Below, in pieces: positions 12,410 to 24,412 of a stretch of 64,000 bases of DNA. The stretch is from an uncultured Pelagibacteraceae bacterium. Lineage in GTDB: Bacteria > Pseudomonadota > Alphaproteobacteria > Pelagibacterales > AG-422-B15. The notes under the pieces are model-generated. The model saw only the letters and a program-made list of their open reading frames with translations, was not told where the DNA came from and ran no database searches. The position numbers and the translations under genes were made by a program. The DNA lies in assembly GCA_902577765.1 (NCBI GenBank), contig CACHAK010000001.1, positions 187,183 through 251,182 on the forward strand, read 5' to 3'. How positions within the stretch are numbered: the stretch's first letter is position 1; every line of letters begins with the position of its first letter.

Positions 12410-12509
12410 TCGGCATTCTTAAATAGTAGGTGGTAGAGAAATCTAAACGCTACTTTTTATTAATTTTTATAACAGTTAACCTTTTAGTTATTAAGACTGG
12501 AGATTTTTT

Positions 12510-12881
12510 ATGCCGACTATAAGTCAGCTAATTAGAAAACCTAGAACCAAAGTTCAAAAAAGAAATAAGGTTCCAGCGTTAAAAGCAAACCCTCAAAAAC
12601 GAGGGGTCTGCACAAGAGTTTATACAACTACACCGAAGAAACCTAACTCAGCATTACGTAAAGTAGCAAGAGTAAGACTTACTAATGGATTTGAGGTAAC
12701 GAGTTATATTGGTGGTGAAGGTCATAATTTACAGGAGCACTCAGTTATATTAATACGTGGTGGTCGTGTAAAGGACCTGCCGGGAGTTCGTTATCACACT
12801 GTAAGAGGCGTTTTAGATACTCAGGGTGTCGGTGAGCGAAAACAACGTCGTTCATTGTATGGAACGAAGAAACCTAAATAA
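12510..12881 (+). CDS. rpsL: 30S ribosomal protein S12
   Basis: [12 protein letters not shown] start and [27 protein letters not shown] signature. Confidence 0.97.
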   Translation: MPTISQLIRKPRTKVQKRNKVPALKANPQKRGVCTRVYTTTPKKPNSALRKVARVRLTNGFEVTSYIGGEGHNLQEHSVILIRGGRVKDLPGVRYHTVRGVLDTQGVGERKQRRSLYGTKKPK

Positions 12882-13352
<471 letters not shown>

Positions 13353-13353
13353 T

Positions 13354-15429
13354 ATGACAAGAGAATACGCATTGCAGAAATATCGAAATATTGGAATCAT
13401 GGCACATATTGATGCAGGTAAAACTACTACTACAGAGAGGATACTTTATTACACTGGTAAAAGTCACAAAATTGGAGAAGTTCATGACGGCGCAGCTACA
13501 ATGGACTGGATGGAACAAGAGCAAGAAAGAGGAATTACAATTACCTCTGCAGCAACTACATGTTTTTGGAATGATCATAGAATTAACATTATTGATACTC
13601 CTGGCCACGTAGACTTTACTATTGAGGTCGAGAGATCACTGAGAGTTCTTGATGGCGCTGTTGCGGTATTCGATGGGGTTGCTGGTGTTGAACCACAAAC
13701 TGAAACTGTATGGAGACAAGCGAATAGATACAAGGTACCAAGAATGTGTTTTGTTAATAAGATGGATCGTACCGGTGCTGATTTCTATAAGTGTCTTGAT
13801 ATGATTAAAGACAGACTTCAAGCAAACGCTTTAGTCTTACAAATTCCATATGGAAGTGAGTCTGATCTTAAAGGTGTTATTGATCTGGTAAAAAATAAAG
13901 CAATTGTATGGGCAAATGAAGACCTCGGAGCTAAATATGAGTATACCGACATTCCAGAAGAGTTAAAGGAGACAGCTGAAAAATATAGATCAGAAATGGT
14001 CGAAATGGCAGTTGAACAAGATGAAGAGGTATTAGAAAAATATCTAGATGGTGAAGAACCTGATGAAGAAACCCTCAACCGTTGTATCAGAAAAGGTACT
14101 ATAAATTTTGAGTTTGTTCCTATTTTAACAGGAAGTGCGTTTAAAAATAAAGGAGTACAACCTCTCTTAGACGCAATTGTAAACTTTATGCCTGATCCAA
14201 GTGAGGTACAACAAGCTACAGGTAACATTCCTGGCAATGAAGAAGAGGAGACTAGAAAGGCATCAGATGACGAACCTTTTTCTGCATTAGCATTTAAAGT
14301 TGCTAATGACCCTTTCGTTGGCTCTCTTACATTTACAAGAATTTATTCAGGAAAGCTAGAAGCAGGTTCTACAATCATGAATTCTGTAAAAGGTGATAAG
14401 GAAAGAATTGGAAGAATGCTACTTATGCATGCAAATAACAGAGAAGATATTAAAACTGCCTATGCAGGTGATATTGTTGCGATAGCAGGGCTTAAAGATA
14501 CTATAACTGGTGAAACCTTATGTGACTCTCAAAAACCAATCATATTAGAGTCAATGGATTTTCCTGATCCAGTGATTGAAATTGCTGTTGAACCCAAAAC
14601 AAAAGCTGACCAAGAAAAAATGGGTGAGGCACTTGCTCGACTTGCTAAAGAAGACCCATCTTTTAGAGTAACTTCTGATGATGAGTCTGGGCAAACTGTT
14701 ATTAAAGGAATGGGCGAGCTTCATTTGGATATAATTGTTGACCGAATGAAACGAGAGTTCAAGGTTGAAGCTAATGTAGGAGCCCCACAGGTTGCTTACA
14801 GAGAAACAATTTCCAAAGAAGTTGAAGTGACTTATACACATAAAAAACAAAGTGGAGGAGCCGGTCAATTCGCTGAAGTAAAAATTATTGTTGAGGGATG
14901 TGAACCGGGGACAGGAAGATTATTTGAAGACAAAATTAAGGGAGGTAATATACCTAAAGAGTATATTCCAGGAGTTGAAAAAGGAATTGAGGGCGTAGCT
15001 GATACTGGCGTCATAGCCGGCTTCCCTATAATTGACTATAAAGTAACATTAATCGATGGAAAATATCATGATGTAGACTCTAGCAGCTTAGCTTTTGAGA
15101 TAGCTGGAAGGATGGCATTTAAAGACGCTTGTCAAAAAGCAGGCCCGAAACTTCTTGAGCCTGTTATGAGAGTTGAGGTGGTTACGCCTGAAGAATTTAT
15201 GGGTGATGTTATAGGTGATTTAAGTAGTCGAAGGGGTCAAGTTAGTGGTAGTGAAGCTAGAGGCAATACAACAGCAATTAGTTCAATGGTCCCTCTTGCT
15301 AATATGTTTGGCTATGTTAACACATTACGGTCTATGACTCAGGGAAGAGCACAGTATTCAATGTTTTTTGATCATTATGAACAAGTACCTCAAAACGTTC
15401 AAGATGAGGTAAAAGCAAAGTTTGCATAA
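13354..15429 (+). CDS. fusA: Elongation factor G
   Basis: [28 protein letters not shown] GTPase motifs. I place the start at ATG 13354 ([15 protein letters not shown]), 1 nt after the rpsG stop. The track start at 13333 adds 7 residues overlapping rpsG. Confidence 0.96.
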   Translation: MTREYALQKYRNIGIMAHIDAGKTTTTERILYYTGKSHKIGEVHDGAATMDWMEQEQERGITITSAATTCFWNDHRINIIDTPGHVDFTIEVERSLRVLDGAVAVFDGVAGVEPQTETVWRQANRYKVPRMCFVNKMDRTGADFYKCLDMIKDRLQANALVLQIPYGSESDLKGVIDLVKNKAIVWANEDLGAKYEYTDIPEELKETAEKYRSEMVEMAVEQDEEVLEKYLDGEEPDEETLNRCIRKGTINFEFVPILTGSAFKNKGVQPLLDAIVNFMPDPSEVQQATGNIPGNEEEETRKASDDEPFSALAFKVANDPFVGSLTFTRIYSGKLEAGSTIMNSVKGDKERIGRMLLMHANNREDIKTAYAGDIVAIAGLKDTITGETLCDSQKPIILESMDFPDPVIEIAVEPKTKADQEKMGEALARLAKEDPSFRVTSDDESGQTVIKGMGELHLDIIVDRMKREFKVEANVGAPQVAYRETISKEVEVTYTHKKQSGGAGQFAEVKIIVEGCEPGTGRLFEDKIKGGNIPKEYIPGVEKGIEGVADTGVIAGFPIIDYKVTLIDGKYHDVDSSSLAFEIAGRMAFKDACQKAGPKLLEPVMRVEVVTPEEFMGDVIGDLSSRRGQVSGSEARGNTTAISSMVPLANMFGYVNTLRSMTQGRAQYSMFFDHYEQVPQNVQDEVKAKFA

Positions 15430-15437
15430 GGAATAAA

Positions 15438-15746
15438 ATGGAAAATCAAAATATCAAAATAAGATTGAAGGCTTTTGACCACGGTGTACTCGATAAATCA
15501 TCAGTAGAAATCGTTGATACCGCTAAAAGAACTGGGGCAATGGTGAAAGGTCCAATACCTTTACCTACAAATAATGAAAAGTTTACAGTTCTTCGGTCTC
15601 CCCATGTTAACAAAAAAAGTCGAGAGCAATTCGAAATAAGAACTCATAAAAGATTAATAGAAATAGTCGATCCAACGCCACAAACAGTCGATGCACTAAT
15701 GAAATTAGATTTAGCTTCAGGAGTTGATGTGGAGATCAAATTATAG
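15438..15746 (+). CDS. rpsJ: 30S ribosomal protein S10
   Basis: [12 protein letters not shown] and [13 protein letters not shown] motifs. First gene of the S10 cluster. Confidence 0.95.
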   Translation: MENQNIKIRLKAFDHGVLDKSSVEIVDTAKRTGAMVKGPIPLPTNNEKFTVLRSPHVNKKSREQFEIRTHKRLIEIVDPTPQTVDALMKLDLASGVDVEIKL

Positions 15747-15749
15747 GAT

Positions 15750-16439
15750 ATGAGATCAGGTATTATAGCAAAAAAGATTGGAATGAGTAATTTGTACACA
15801 CAAAGTGGAACAAATATACCTGTTACTGTGCTTCATGTTGAAAACTGCAAAATTATTGATCGTATTACTTCAGAAAATGAAAACTCAGACAAGGTACTGG
15901 TTGGTGCCTGTAAGTTAAAAAAAATATCGAAATCACAGAAAGGCTTCTTCGATAAGAAAAAATCAGATGCATATAAATATCTTAGAGAGTTCGAAATTAG
16001 TAAAGATCAAGAGATTAAAAGTGGAGATGAATTGAAAGCAAATCATTTTAAGGAAGGTCAATTTATTGATGTATCTGGTTACACGAAGGGTAAAGGATTT
16101 GCAGGAGTAATGAAACGTCACAATTTTTCTGGTTTGAGAGCCTCTCATGGCGTTTCAGTTTCACATCGAAGCCATGGATCTACAGGCCAGTGCCAAGATC
16201 CTGGTAAAGTTTTCAAAGGAAAAAAGATGGCTGGACAGTACGGAGATGTTCATAAAACTCTTCAAAGCTTACAGGTTGTAAAGGTTGATGAACAAAAGAA
16301 TCTAATCTGTGTAAAAGGAGCTACACCTGGCTCAAGTGGAACTTGGTTAGTTGTTGAAGACTCTATTAAAAAGGACGGCATCAAAGAAATAGAAGTCACA
16401 CCAGTAAAATCAGAAAAAGAAGTTAAGAAGGAAAAATAA
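15750..16439 (+). CDS. rplC: 50S ribosomal protein L3
   Basis: GYTKGKGFAGVMKRHNFSG signature. S10-cluster order. Confidence 0.93.
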   Translation: MRSGIIAKKIGMSNLYTQSGTNIPVTVLHVENCKIIDRITSENENSDKVLVGACKLKKISKSQKGFFDKKKSDAYKYLREFEISKDQEIKSGDELKANHFKEGQFIDVSGYTKGKGFAGVMKRHNFSGLRASHGVSVSHRSHGSTGQCQDPGKVFKGKKMAGQYGDVHKTLQSLQVVKVDEQKNLICVKGATPGSSGTWLVVEDSIKKDGIKEIEVTPVKSEKEVKKEK

Positions 16440-16443
16440 GTAA

Positions 16444-17064
16444 ATGCAAATTGACATGCACAAAATAGATGGAAAAAAGAGTGGGTCGGTCAATATGAAA
16501 GATCAATTATTCAATAGTAAATCCGATTTAAGTATTGTTGGCTCTCTTGTTAGATGGAATGAGTCTAACCAAAAACCGCTAAGAGCTAGGACTAAAAACA
16601 GGTCTGAGGTGAAGGGAACAACACAAAAGTTAGGAAGACAAAAGGGAAGTGGAGGAGCTAGGCACGGCTCCAAAAAAGCAAATATATTTAGAAGTGGTGG
16701 AATGGCTCATAACTTAAGAGGAGTTCGTTCATTAAAAAAGATGCCAAAACGCACTAGGCAAGAGGCTTTGAAACACATTCTTTCTGATAAAATCAAGAAC
16801 AACAATTTGATAATTGTTGAAGAACTAAGAATTCCAGAGCCAAAGACAAAAACACTAGTTAAAAGCCTCTCAGATTTAAATGTACAGTCTGCGCTCATAC
16901 TAGAGGGCGATAAACCTGATAATAATTTTGCATTAGCATCAAGAAACTTAAAAAATATAAAGTACTCAAGTATAAATAATTTTAATGCACTCGACTTACT
17001 TGGATTTGAAAAATTGATCATGAGTAAGAACGCCTTAGAAATACTTGAAAATAGGATGAATTAA
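16444..17064 (+). CDS. rplD: 50S ribosomal protein L4
   Basis: RQKGSGGARHGS motif. Position between rplC and rplW. The exact start (Met1 or Met5) is uncertain. Confidence 0.88.
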   Translation: MQIDMHKIDGKKSGSVNMKDQLFNSKSDLSIVGSLVRWNESNQKPLRARTKNRSEVKGTTQKLGRQKGSGGARHGSKKANIFRSGGMAHNLRGVRSLKKMPKRTRQEALKHILSDKIKNNNLIIVEELRIPEPKTKTLVKSLSDLNVQSALILEGDKPDNNFALASRNLKNIKYSSINNFNALDLLGFEKLIMSKNALEILENRMN

Positions 17065-17065
17065 G

Positions 17066-17359
17066 ATGGCTACAATTAAAGATTTTAAAACAATAATCAA
17101 ACCTATTATTACAGAGAAGTCCTCAATGGGTTCAGAGTATAATCAAGTTACATTCCAGGTTCAGAAATCAAGTTCAAAGAAAGAAATTAAATTGGCAATT
17201 GAAAATATTTTTAAAGTTAAAGTTAAAAAAGTAAATACTTCGATTGTTAAAGGAAAGCTTAAATCATTTAGGGGGTCTCTTGGTAAAAGGTCAGATTATA
17301 AGAAGGCTTTTATTACCCTTGAAGATGGTCAAACAATCGATATTAATGCGGGAGTATAA
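17066..17359 (+). CDS. rplW: 50S ribosomal protein L23
   Basis: 97 aa with ITEKS motif. Position between rplD and rplB. Confidence 0.9.
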   Translation: MATIKDFKTIIKPIITEKSSMGSEYNQVTFQVQKSSSKKEIKLAIENIFKVKVKKVNTSIVKGKLKSFRGSLGKRSDYKKAFITLEDGQTIDINAGV

Positions 17360-17363
17360 ATAA

Positions 17364-18209
17364 ATGGCACTTAAAAAATTCAGACCTAACACGCCCGGAA
17401 CTAGAGGACTTACTCTAGTTGATAAAAAAGGATTATGGAATGGTAAACCAGTAAAATCTCTTACTACCGGTATCTCTAAAAAAGGTGGACGTAATAATAC
17501 TGGTAGGATTACCATGAGAAGAAAAGGTGGTGGGCATAAATCAAAATATAGAATAATTGATTTCAAAAGAAATAAGATAGATGTAAGTGCGACTGTAGAA
17601 AGAATTGAATATGATCCAAATAGATCTTCATATATAGCATTGATTAAATATGATGACGGTATTCAAAGCTATATATTGGCCCCAAAAGATATAAAGGTTG
17701 GAGATAAAGTTATCTCTGGATCAAAAAAAGAAATCAGAAATGGAAATTGTATGCCCATGTCTGACATTCCTGTAGGCATTGACATACATAACATCGAATT
17801 AAAATCAGGAAGCGGTGCACAATTAGCAAGGTCTGCAGGTACATCAACCCAAATAGTCGGAAAATCTAATGGTTATGTCGCTATTAAGTTGCCTTCAGGA
17901 GAACAACGAAAAATTAGAGAAGAATGTCGTGCTACGATAGGTGTTTTGTCAAATATTGATAAAAAAAATCAAAAGCTAGGCAAGGCCGGTAGAAACAGAT
18001 GGCTTGGAATAAGACCATCTGTCAGAGGTGTTGCGATGAATCCTATCGATCATCCTCATGGTGGCGGTGAAGGCAAAACTTCTGGTGGAAGAGACCCTGT
18101 AACTCCATGGGGTAAACCCACAAAGGGAAAGAAGACAAGAAATAATAAAAGAACTGATAAATTTATTATCAAAAGAAAAACGGATAAGAAAGCAAGAATA
18201 GAGGTATAA
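17364..18209 (+). CDS. rplB: 50S ribosomal protein L2
   Basis: [18 protein letters not shown] signature. Confidence 0.96.
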   Translation: MALKKFRPNTPGTRGLTLVDKKGLWNGKPVKSLTTGISKKGGRNNTGRITMRRKGGGHKSKYRIIDFKRNKIDVSATVERIEYDPNRSSYIALIKYDDGIQSYILAPKDIKVGDKVISGSKKEIRNGNCMPMSDIPVGIDIHNIELKSGSGAQLARSAGTSTQIVGKSNGYVAIKLPSGEQRKIREECRATIGVLSNIDKKNQKLGKAGRNRWLGIRPSVRGVAMNPIDHPHGGGEGKTSGGRDPVTPWGKPTKGKKTRNNKRTDKFIIKRKTDKKARIEV

Positions 18210-18482
18210 ATGACAAGATCTGTTTGGAAGGGACCATTTGTTGATAGCCATTTATTAAAAAAAGTAAAAGCGGTATCCGAATCTGGTGCAAATAGCGTAA
18301 TTAAGACTTGGTCTAGAAGATCAACTATACTGCCTGAATTTGTGGGTGTAAATTTTGCGGTTCATAACGGTAAAAGATTTATACCAGTAAACGTAACTGA
18401 AGACATGGTTGGCCATAAACTTGGAGAGTTTTCTCCTACAAGAACTTTTAATGGCCACACAGGTGATAAGAAAACAAAGTAA
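18210..18482 (+). CDS. rpsS: 30S ribosomal protein S19
   Basis: [10 protein letters not shown] and [29 protein letters not shown]. Confidence 0.95.
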   Translation: MTRSVWKGPFVDSHLLKKVKAVSESGANSVIKTWSRRSTILPEFVGVNFAVHNGKRFIPVNVTEDMVGHKLGEFSPTRTFNGHTGDKKTK

Positions 18483-18484
18483 AT

Positions 18485-18874
18485 ATGAGACAACTTGTAA
18501 GAAAAGATAACGAAGCATATGCAATTCAAAGGAACATGAGAGTGAGTCCGTCAAAAGCTAATGCAGTTCTTGAAATGATTAGAGGCAAAAAGGCATCTGA
18601 AGCTCTTAACTTATTAAAATTTTCACCCAGAGGAGTTGCTAAAAATATTTCAAAAGTTTTAAATAGTGCAATTGCTAATGCCGAAAATAATCATCAGTTA
18701 GATATTGATATCTTAAAAGTTACCGAAGCATATTGCGGTAAAGGCATGGTAATGAAAAGATGGAGAGCGAGAGCAAAGGGTAGACCGGGAAGAATTAATA
18801 AATTTCTGACTAACGTCACGATAAAAGTTTCTGAAGATCAAGTAAAAGTAGTAAAGAAAGAGAAGGCAAAATAG
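18485..18874 (+). CDS. rplV: 50S ribosomal protein L22
   Basis: [21 protein letters not shown] and position between rpsS and rpsC. Confidence 0.92.
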   Translation: MRQLVRKDNEAYAIQRNMRVSPSKANAVLEMIRGKKASEALNLLKFSPRGVAKNISKVLNSAIANAENNHQLDIDILKVTEAYCGKGMVMKRWRARAKGRPGRINKFLTNVTIKVSEDQVKVVKKEKAK

Positions 18875-18877
18875 TAT

Positions 18878-19549
18878 ATGGGTCAAAAAGTAAATCCAAT
18901 TGGACTTAGATTAATTCTTAATAAAAAGTGGCAATCTAGATGGTACGCAGGAAAAAAAGAATTTGGATCGTTCTTGCAAGAAGATTTAAAGATTAGAGCT
19001 TATCTTGAGAAGAAGCTTAAAAGTTGCGCTGTAGCAAAAATACAGATTGAAAGACCTGCAAAAAAAGCTCAAGTAACAATATATTCAGCGCGTCCAGGTC
19101 TTATTATTGGTAAAAAAGGTAGTGATATTGAGAAATTGAAGAAAAAAATCTCTGAATTTACTTCTGATGAAGTTTCAATAAATCTTGTGGAAATTAGAAA
19201 ACCAGAAGTAGAAGCACAATTAATTGCTGATGGCATAGCTGAACAATTAGAAAGACGTGTTTCATTCCGAAGAGCGATGAAACGTTCAGTTCAGTCAGCA
19301 ATGCGTTTAGGAGCTGACGGCATTAGAGTGAATTGTGGAGGTAGACTTGGGGGAACTGAAATTGCAAGAACTGAGTGGTATAGAGAAGGTAGAGTGCCTC
19401 TGCACACCTTCAGAGCAAATGTAGATTATGCTGTCGCAACAGCACAAACTACATATGGTTCATGCGGAATAAAAGTTTGGATATATAAAGGCGACATAGA
19501 TGATAATGCGCCACATGAATTAGATAATAATCCAAATAAATTAGGATAA
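18878..19549 (+). CDS. rpsC: 30S ribosomal protein S3
   Basis: [12 protein letters not shown] start. KH domain [14 protein letters not shown]. Confidence 0.95.
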   Translation: MGQKVNPIGLRLILNKKWQSRWYAGKKEFGSFLQEDLKIRAYLEKKLKSCAVAKIQIERPAKKAQVTIYSARPGLIIGKKGSDIEKLKKKISEFTSDEVSINLVEIRKPEVEAQLIADGIAEQLERRVSFRRAMKRSVQSAMRLGADGIRVNCGGRLGGTEIARTEWYREGRVPLHTFRANVDYAVATAQTTYGSCGIKVWIYKGDIDDNAPHELDNNPNKLG

Positions 19550-19551
19550 AT

Positions 19552-19965
19552 ATGTTACAACCAAAGAAAACTAAATATAGAAAAGCTCATAAAGGCAGAA
19601 TTAAGGGGGTTGCAACGTCAGCGACAACACTTAATTATGGGACATATGGTTTGAAAGCTTTAGAAGCTGAAAGAATCACAGCTCGTCAAATTGAGGCTGC
19701 CCGTGTTGCAATGACAAGATTCATGAAAAGAGCTGGAAGGGTATGGGTGAGAATATTTCCTGATGTTCCAGTTTCAAAAAAACCTACAGAAGTTAGGATG
19801 GGTAAAGGTAAAGGATCACCAGAGTATTGGGCATGTAGGGTAAAACCAGGAAAAATTCTATTTGAAGTTGATGGGGTCTCACAAGCAATTGCAACAGAGG
19901 CTTTTGGACGCGCTTCATCTAAACTGCCTATTAAAACAAAAGTAGTGGAACAGTTAATTAAATAG
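19552..19965 (+). CDS. rplP: 50S ribosomal protein L16
   Basis: [16 protein letters not shown] start and [12 protein letters not shown] motif. Confidence 0.95.
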   Translation: MLQPKKTKYRKAHKGRIKGVATSATTLNYGTYGLKALEAERITARQIEAARVAMTRFMKRAGRVWVRIFPDVPVSKKPTEVRMGKGKGSPEYWACRVKPGKILFEVDGVSQAIATEAFGRASSKLPIKTKVVEQLIK

Positions 19966-19972
19966 AGACTTT

Positions 19973-20164
19973 ATGAAAGCAGAAGAAATTAGAAAAAAAA
20001 CAATAGATCAACTAAAGACTGAGTTGCAAAATTTATATAAGGAGTCTTTTAACTTGAGATTTCAAAAGTCTTCGGGCCAGCTAGAGAATACGTCTCGAAT
20101 CTTTAAGGTAAGAAAGCTGATCGCAAGAATAAAAACAATAATGAAGGAAAAAACGGTTAACTAA
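19973..20164 (+). CDS. rpmC: 50S ribosomal protein L29
   Basis: 63 aa with [27 protein letters not shown]. Position after rplP. Confidence 0.88.
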   Translation: MKAEEIRKKTIDQLKTELQNLYKESFNLRFQKSSGQLENTSRIFKVRKLIARIKTIMKEKTVN

Positions 20165-20165
20165 T

Positions 20166-20393
20166 ATGCCAAAGAAAATATTACAAGGAACTGTTATTAG
20201 TAACAAACAAGATAAAACAATAACAGTTTTGGTTGAAAGAAAGTTTAAACACCCAGTGTTAAAAAAAGTGATTAGAAGATCAAAAAAATACAGTGCACAT
20301 GATCCCGATAATCAATTTAATGCAGGTGATAAAGTAAAAATTATGGAGTCTAAGCCAATTTCTAAATTAAAAAGATGGGTTGCAATTAGTTAA
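20166..20393 (+). CDS. rpsQ: 30S ribosomal protein S17
   Basis: [29 protein letters not shown] pattern. Position after rpmC. Confidence 0.9.
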   Translation: MPKKILQGTVISNKQDKTITVLVERKFKHPVLKKVIRRSKKYSAHDPDNQFNAGDKVKIMESKPISKLKRWVAIS

Positions 20394-20762
20394 ATGATAC
20401 AAGTTGAATCTCGATTAAATGTTGCGGATAACTCAGGAGCCAAAGAGGTTTTATGTGTTAAAGTTCTTGGCGGATCAAAGCGTCGTTTCGCATCTGTAGG
20501 AGATATTATTGTAGTAACTGTCAAAGATGCAATACCAAAAGGGAAGGTTAAAAAAGGAACTGTCCATAAAGCCGTAATCGTTAGAACTAGAAAAGAGTTG
20601 AAAAGAGTTGATGGAAGTACAATTAAGTTTGATACGAACGCTGCTGTATTAATTAATAATCAGGGTGAACCGGTAGGTACAAGAATCTTTGGCCCTGTTT
20701 GTAGAGAGCTACGGTCAAAAAAACAAATGAAAATCATTTCACTAGCACCGGAGGTCTTATAA
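20394..20762 (+). CDS. rplN: 50S ribosomal protein L14
   Basis: [17 protein letters not shown] start. 122 aa. Confidence 0.96.
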   Translation: MIQVESRLNVADNSGAKEVLCVKVLGGSKRRFASVGDIIVVTVKDAIPKGKVKKGTVHKAVIVRTRKELKRVDGSTIKFDTNAAVLINNQGEPVGTRIFGPVCRELRSKKQMKIISLAPEVL

Positions 20763-21073
20763 TGAGTATGAGGTTAAAAAAAGGTGACCAAGTTGCTGTT
20801 AATACAGGCAAGGATAAAGGAAAAGTTGGTGAAGTAATGAAAATATTAGGCATGAAAGCAATTGTTAAAGGTGTGAACATCTCAAAGAAACATCAGAAAC
20901 AAGATCAGAAAAATGAAGGTGGGGTTTTAAATAAGGAAATGCCAATAATGCTCTCTAATTTAATGCCGGTTGATAAGAAGACCAACAAAGGTGTCAGAGT
21001 TGGTTATAAATACTTAAAAGACAACAAAAAAGTGAGAATTAACATCAAAACAGGAGATCAAATTGATGGATAA
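20762..21073 (+). CDS. rplX: 50S ribosomal protein L24
   Basis: KOW motif KKGDQVAVNTGKDKGKVGEV. 1-nt overlap with the rplN stop. Confidence 0.9.
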   Translation: MSMRLKKGDQVAVNTGKDKGKVGEVMKILGMKAIVKGVNISKKHQKQDQKNEGGVLNKEMPIMLSNLMPVDKKTNKGVRVGYKYLKDNKKVRINIKTGDQIDG

Positions 21074-21617
21074 TTATACCCCACGATTAAAAGAAATGTA
21101 TGTGAATACTATAGTGCCAAAGCTAAAGAGTGACCTTTCCATAAAGAATGATCTTGCACTACCTAAATTGGTAAAAGTTTCATTAAACATGGGCCTTGGA
21201 GAAGCAGTAAATGACTCTAAAGTAATTCAACTGGCTTCTGATCAATTAGCTTCGATAGCAGGTCAACAACCCCTAGTGACAAAAGCAAGAAAATCAATCG
21301 CTACTTTCAAAATCAGAGCTGGCATGCCTTTAGGTGTAAAAGTTACTTTAAGAGGCAATAGGATGTATGAGTTTGTTGATAGACTGGTCACTATTGCCCT
21401 TCCGCGTATTAGAGACTTTAGAGGATTGAAAAGAAACTGTTTTGATGGAAGAGGTAATTACTCTTTCGGAATTAAAGAATGTACAGTTTTTCCTGAAATT
21501 AACGTTGATAAACTTGATAAGGTGCGTGGGTTAGATATTACAATAAATACTTCAGCTACAAATGATGAGCAAGCATTGTTGTTGTTAAAATCTCTAAATT
21601 TTCCAATTAATGATTAG
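21063..21617 (+). CDS. rplE: 50S ribosomal protein L5
   Basis: PRIRDFRGL and GNYSFGIKE motifs. Overlaps the rplX 3' end by 11 nt (8 nt if the second Met at 21066 is used). Confidence 0.93.
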   Translation: MMDNYTPRLKEMYVNTIVPKLKSDLSIKNDLALPKLVKVSLNMGLGEAVNDSKVIQLASDQLASIAGQQPLVTKARKSIATFKIRAGMPLGVKVTLRGNRMYEFVDRLVTIALPRIRDFRGLKRNCFDGRGNYSFGIKECTVFPEINVDKLDKVRGLDITINTSATNDEQALLLLKSLNFPIND

Positions 21618-21625
21618 GTAAAAAA

Positions 21626-21931
21626 ATGGCTAAAAAAAGTTCGATAGAAAAAAACAAAAGAAGAATCAAGTTGTCTGAAAAAGATCTACAAAAGAGAAGT
21701 AAACTGAAATCTCTAATCATGGATAAAAAAACTTCTATTGATGATAGGTTTCAAGCTCAATTAAAACTTTCCAAATTAAGAAGAAATGGTGCGAGAACAA
21801 GAGTTCGAAATAGATGTGAATTAACAGGCCGTCCAAGGGGTTATCATAAAAGAGTAAGATTATCTAGAATTGCCTTGAGGGATCTTGCATCTAAAGGTCA
21901 AATCCCTGGAATGAATAAATCAAGCTGGTAG
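21626..21931 (+). CDS. rpsN: 30S ribosomal protein S14 (long, non-zinc type)
   Basis: [13 protein letters not shown] and C-terminal [23 protein letters not shown]. 101 aa. Confidence 0.92.
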   Translation: MAKKSSIEKNKRRIKLSEKDLQKRSKLKSLIMDKKTSIDDRFQAQLKLSKLRRNGARTRVRNRCELTGRPRGYHKRVRLSRIALRDLASKGQIPGMNKSSW

Positions 21932-21943
21932 AAAGGAAAAAAT

Positions 21944-22342
21944 ATGTCACTACAAGATCCGTTGTCCGATTTATTTAGTAGAATTAGAAATGCACAAATG
22001 AGAAATAAACCAATTGTCAGTTCCCCCGTATCTAAGTTAAGGGAAAACATTTTAGAGGTACTTAAAAAAGAAGGTTATATAAGAGGGTATGCTCGAACAA
22101 AACACTCATCTGGCAGGGAAGAGCTTGATATTGAACTTAAATATGATGAAAAAGGTCCAGTAATTTCAGAGATCACAAGAATTTCAAAACCAGGTAGGCG
22201 CGTTTATTCTGGCGCTGGAAGAATCCCGTATATACATAATGGTCTTGGAATTTCAATTATTTCGACTTCGAAAGGTGTGATGACAGACACCGACGCAAGA
22301 GATCAAAAAGTTGGTGGGGAAATTATTTGTAGAGTATTTTAG
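21944..22342 (+). CDS. rpsH: 30S ribosomal protein S8
   Basis: [13 protein letters not shown] start motif. spc-cluster order. Confidence 0.93.
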   Translation: MSLQDPLSDLFSRIRNAQMRNKPIVSSPVSKLRENILEVLKKEGYIRGYARTKHSSGREELDIELKYDEKGPVISEITRISKPGRRVYSGAGRIPYIHNGLGISIISTSKGVMTDTDARDQKVGGEIICRVF

Positions 22343-22344
22343 TT

Positions 22345-22878
22345 ATGTCTAGAGTTGGATCAAAAGAAATAAATATACCGGAAAGTGTAAAAATTAATCT
22401 TCAAGATGGATTAATTTCAGCTGAAGGCCCATTAGGCAAACTTGAATCTAAGTTAAATTCTCAAATCGAAGTAATAGTTGAGGGTCAAAAAATTAAAATG
22501 AAACCTAAATCCGATGATAAAACTTTAGTTTCTTTCTGGGGATTGCAGAGAAATTTAGTTTATAATTTAATTATTGGTGTAAGTGAGGGTTTTACAAAAA
22601 AATTAGAGATGAATGGTGTTGGATATAGAGCAGCTTTAAAAGGTAATACCCTTGAATTATTGCTTGGGTATAGTCATCCAATAAATTACGATATTCCAGA
22701 AAACATTACAGTTACAGTTGATAAACAAAATAATATTGAGATTAAGGGTCCCGACAAACAACTTGTTGGACAAACCGCTGCTGAAATCCGAAATTTTAGA
22801 GGACCAGAACCTTATAAAGGAAAAGGTATTAAGTACGCTGATGAGTATATAAATAGAAAAGAAGGTAAGAAAAAATAA
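22345..22878 (+). CDS. rplF: 50S ribosomal protein L6
   Basis: SRVGSKEINIP start and PEPYKGKGIKY C-terminal motif. Confidence 0.93.
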   Translation: MSRVGSKEINIPESVKINLQDGLISAEGPLGKLESKLNSQIEVIVEGQKIKMKPKSDDKTLVSFWGLQRNLVYNLIIGVSEGFTKKLEMNGVGYRAALKGNTLELLLGYSHPINYDIPENITVTVDKQNNIEIKGPDKQLVGQTAAEIRNFRGPEPYKGKGIKYADEYINRKEGKKK

Positions 22879-23225
22879 TGTTATCTCCAAAGAAACAAAA
22901 AAGATCAAGCAGGGTCAGATTTAAGCTTAAGAAAAATAATAAATCGCGCATGAGACTTACTCTTTATAAGTCATCACAGCACTTGTATGCTCAAATCGTT
23001 GATGATAATAAAGGCATTACTATTTGCAGTGCCTCAACTCTAAAATCTGAAAAAAGTAAAAATTCATGTAATATTGCAAATGCAAAAATATTAGGTAATG
23101 AACTTGCTAAGTCAGCAGCTGAAAAGGGTGTTAAAGATGTTTACTTGGATCGGGGTCCAAATTTGTATCATGGAATAGTAAAAACGGTTACTGATGAAGT
23201 AAGATCTGGGGGTATAAATTTATAG
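22878..23225 (+). CDS. rplR: 50S ribosomal protein L18
   Basis: [18 protein letters not shown] pattern. 1-nt overlap with the rplF stop. Confidence 0.9.
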   Translation: MLSPKKQKRSSRVRFKLKKNNKSRMRLTLYKSSQHLYAQIVDDNKGITICSASTLKSEKSKNSCNIANAKILGNELAKSAAEKGVKDVYLDRGPNLYHGIVKTVTDEVRSGGINL

Positions 23226-23233
23226 GAAATATT

Positions 23234-23764
23234 ATGGTGAAAGAAAATAAAAACAAAGATCAAAACGGTGTTGAAATTAAAGATAAACTTGTAGCAATTA
23301 ACCGAGTTACAAAAGTTGTTAAAGGAGGAAGGCGATTTGGATTTGCAGCATTAGTTGTTGCTGGTGATGAGTCTGGTAAAGTTGGTTTTGGTCATGGAAA
23401 AGCAAAAGAGGTTCCTGAGGCCATTAAAAAAGCAACTGACTCTGCTAAAAAAAGTTTGGTTAGAATACCACTGAGAGAAGGTAGAACATTACATCATGAT
23501 ATAATTGGAATACATGGTTCATCACGCGTTGTAATGAGATCCGCACCTTCAGGTACAGGTATTATTGCTGGAGGATCAGTTAGGGCGGTATTTGAATTAT
23601 TAGGCATACAAGACATTGTTGCAAAGTCAGTTGGTAGCTCAAATCCCTATAATATTATCAGAGCAGCAGTAGATGGACTGAAACAGCAAAAATCGCCAAA
23701 GATAATTGCTGCAAGGAGATCTAAAAAAGTCGGCAACATTACTTCTGCAAGAGAAACGACATGA
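23234..23764 (+). CDS. rpsE: 30S ribosomal protein S5
   Basis: [26 protein letters not shown] dsRBD-type motif. Confidence 0.94.
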   Translation: MVKENKNKDQNGVEIKDKLVAINRVTKVVKGGRRFGFAALVVAGDESGKVGFGHGKAKEVPEAIKKATDSAKKSLVRIPLREGRTLHHDIIGIHGSSRVVMRSAPSGTGIIAGGSVRAVFELLGIQDIVAKSVGSSNPYNIIRAAVDGLKQQKSPKIIAARRSKKVGNITSARETT

Positions 23765-23943
23765 CTGAAAAATTAAAGATTACATTAAAAAAAAGTACCA
23801 TTGGTTCTCAAAAGGGACAAATAGCAACAGTTAAAGGGCTGGGACTAAAAAAAATTAACAGCAGTGTCATTAGAGAGGCAACGCCTGAAACATTAGGTAT
23901 GATTAAAAAAATCAAACATTTAGTAATTACGGAAAATAATTAA
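23761..23943 (+). CDS. rpmD: 50S ribosomal protein L30
   Basis: 60 aa with [31 protein letters not shown] overlap with rpsE. Confidence 0.87.
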   Translation: MTEKLKITLKKSTIGSQKGQIATVKGLGLKKINSSVIREATPETLGMIKKIKHLVITENN

Positions 23944-24408
23944 ATGAAATTAAATCAAATCAATAAAAACAAGAGCTTTAAATCAAAGAAGAGAATTGGA
24001 AGAGGGATAGGCTCAGGCAAAGGCAAAACCTCTGGAAGTGGTCATAAAGGACAAAAAGCCCGTTCCGGAGTTGCTATTCATGGTTTTGAGGGTGGACAAA
24101 TGCCCTTGCATAGAAGACTGCCTAAATTTGGCTTCTCAAATTTTACGAAGAAACAATATTTTGAATTAAACCTCTCTACACTACAAAAATTGATTGATAA
24201 AAACTCTGTTAATGAGTCTGAGATCATTAATATTGCACTCTTAAAAAAGTTACGTATTTTAAAAAATAAAGATAAAAAACTTCTAAAAATTCTTGGCACA
24301 GGTGAATTAAAATCAAAAAATATTATTGAATGCAGTAAAGTAACTAAGTCTGCAGAAGAAAAACTTCAAAAACTTGGTGTTGAATTAAAAATAAGTAAAG
24401 CAATCTAG
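23944..24408 (+). CDS. rplO: 50S ribosomal protein L15
   Basis: GRGIGSGKGKTSGSGHKGQKARSG motif. Confidence 0.9.
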   Translation: MKLNQINKNKSFKSKKRIGRGIGSGKGKTSGSGHKGQKARSGVAIHGFEGGQMPLHRRLPKFGFSNFTKKQYFELNLSTLQKLIDKNSVNESEIINIALLKKLRILKNKDKKLLKILGTGELKSKNIIECSKVTKSAEEKLQKLGVELKISKAI

Positions 24409-24412
24409 CGAA

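Noticed and set aside
13818-14868. 139-aa and 105-aa minus-strand ORFs inside fusA (similar ones lie inside rpoB, rplD and rplQ)
   Set aside because: These are antisense shadows of highly conserved genes. They have no motifs or independent start context, and long antisense ORFs are expected in AT-rich DNA because stop codons there are frame-biased.
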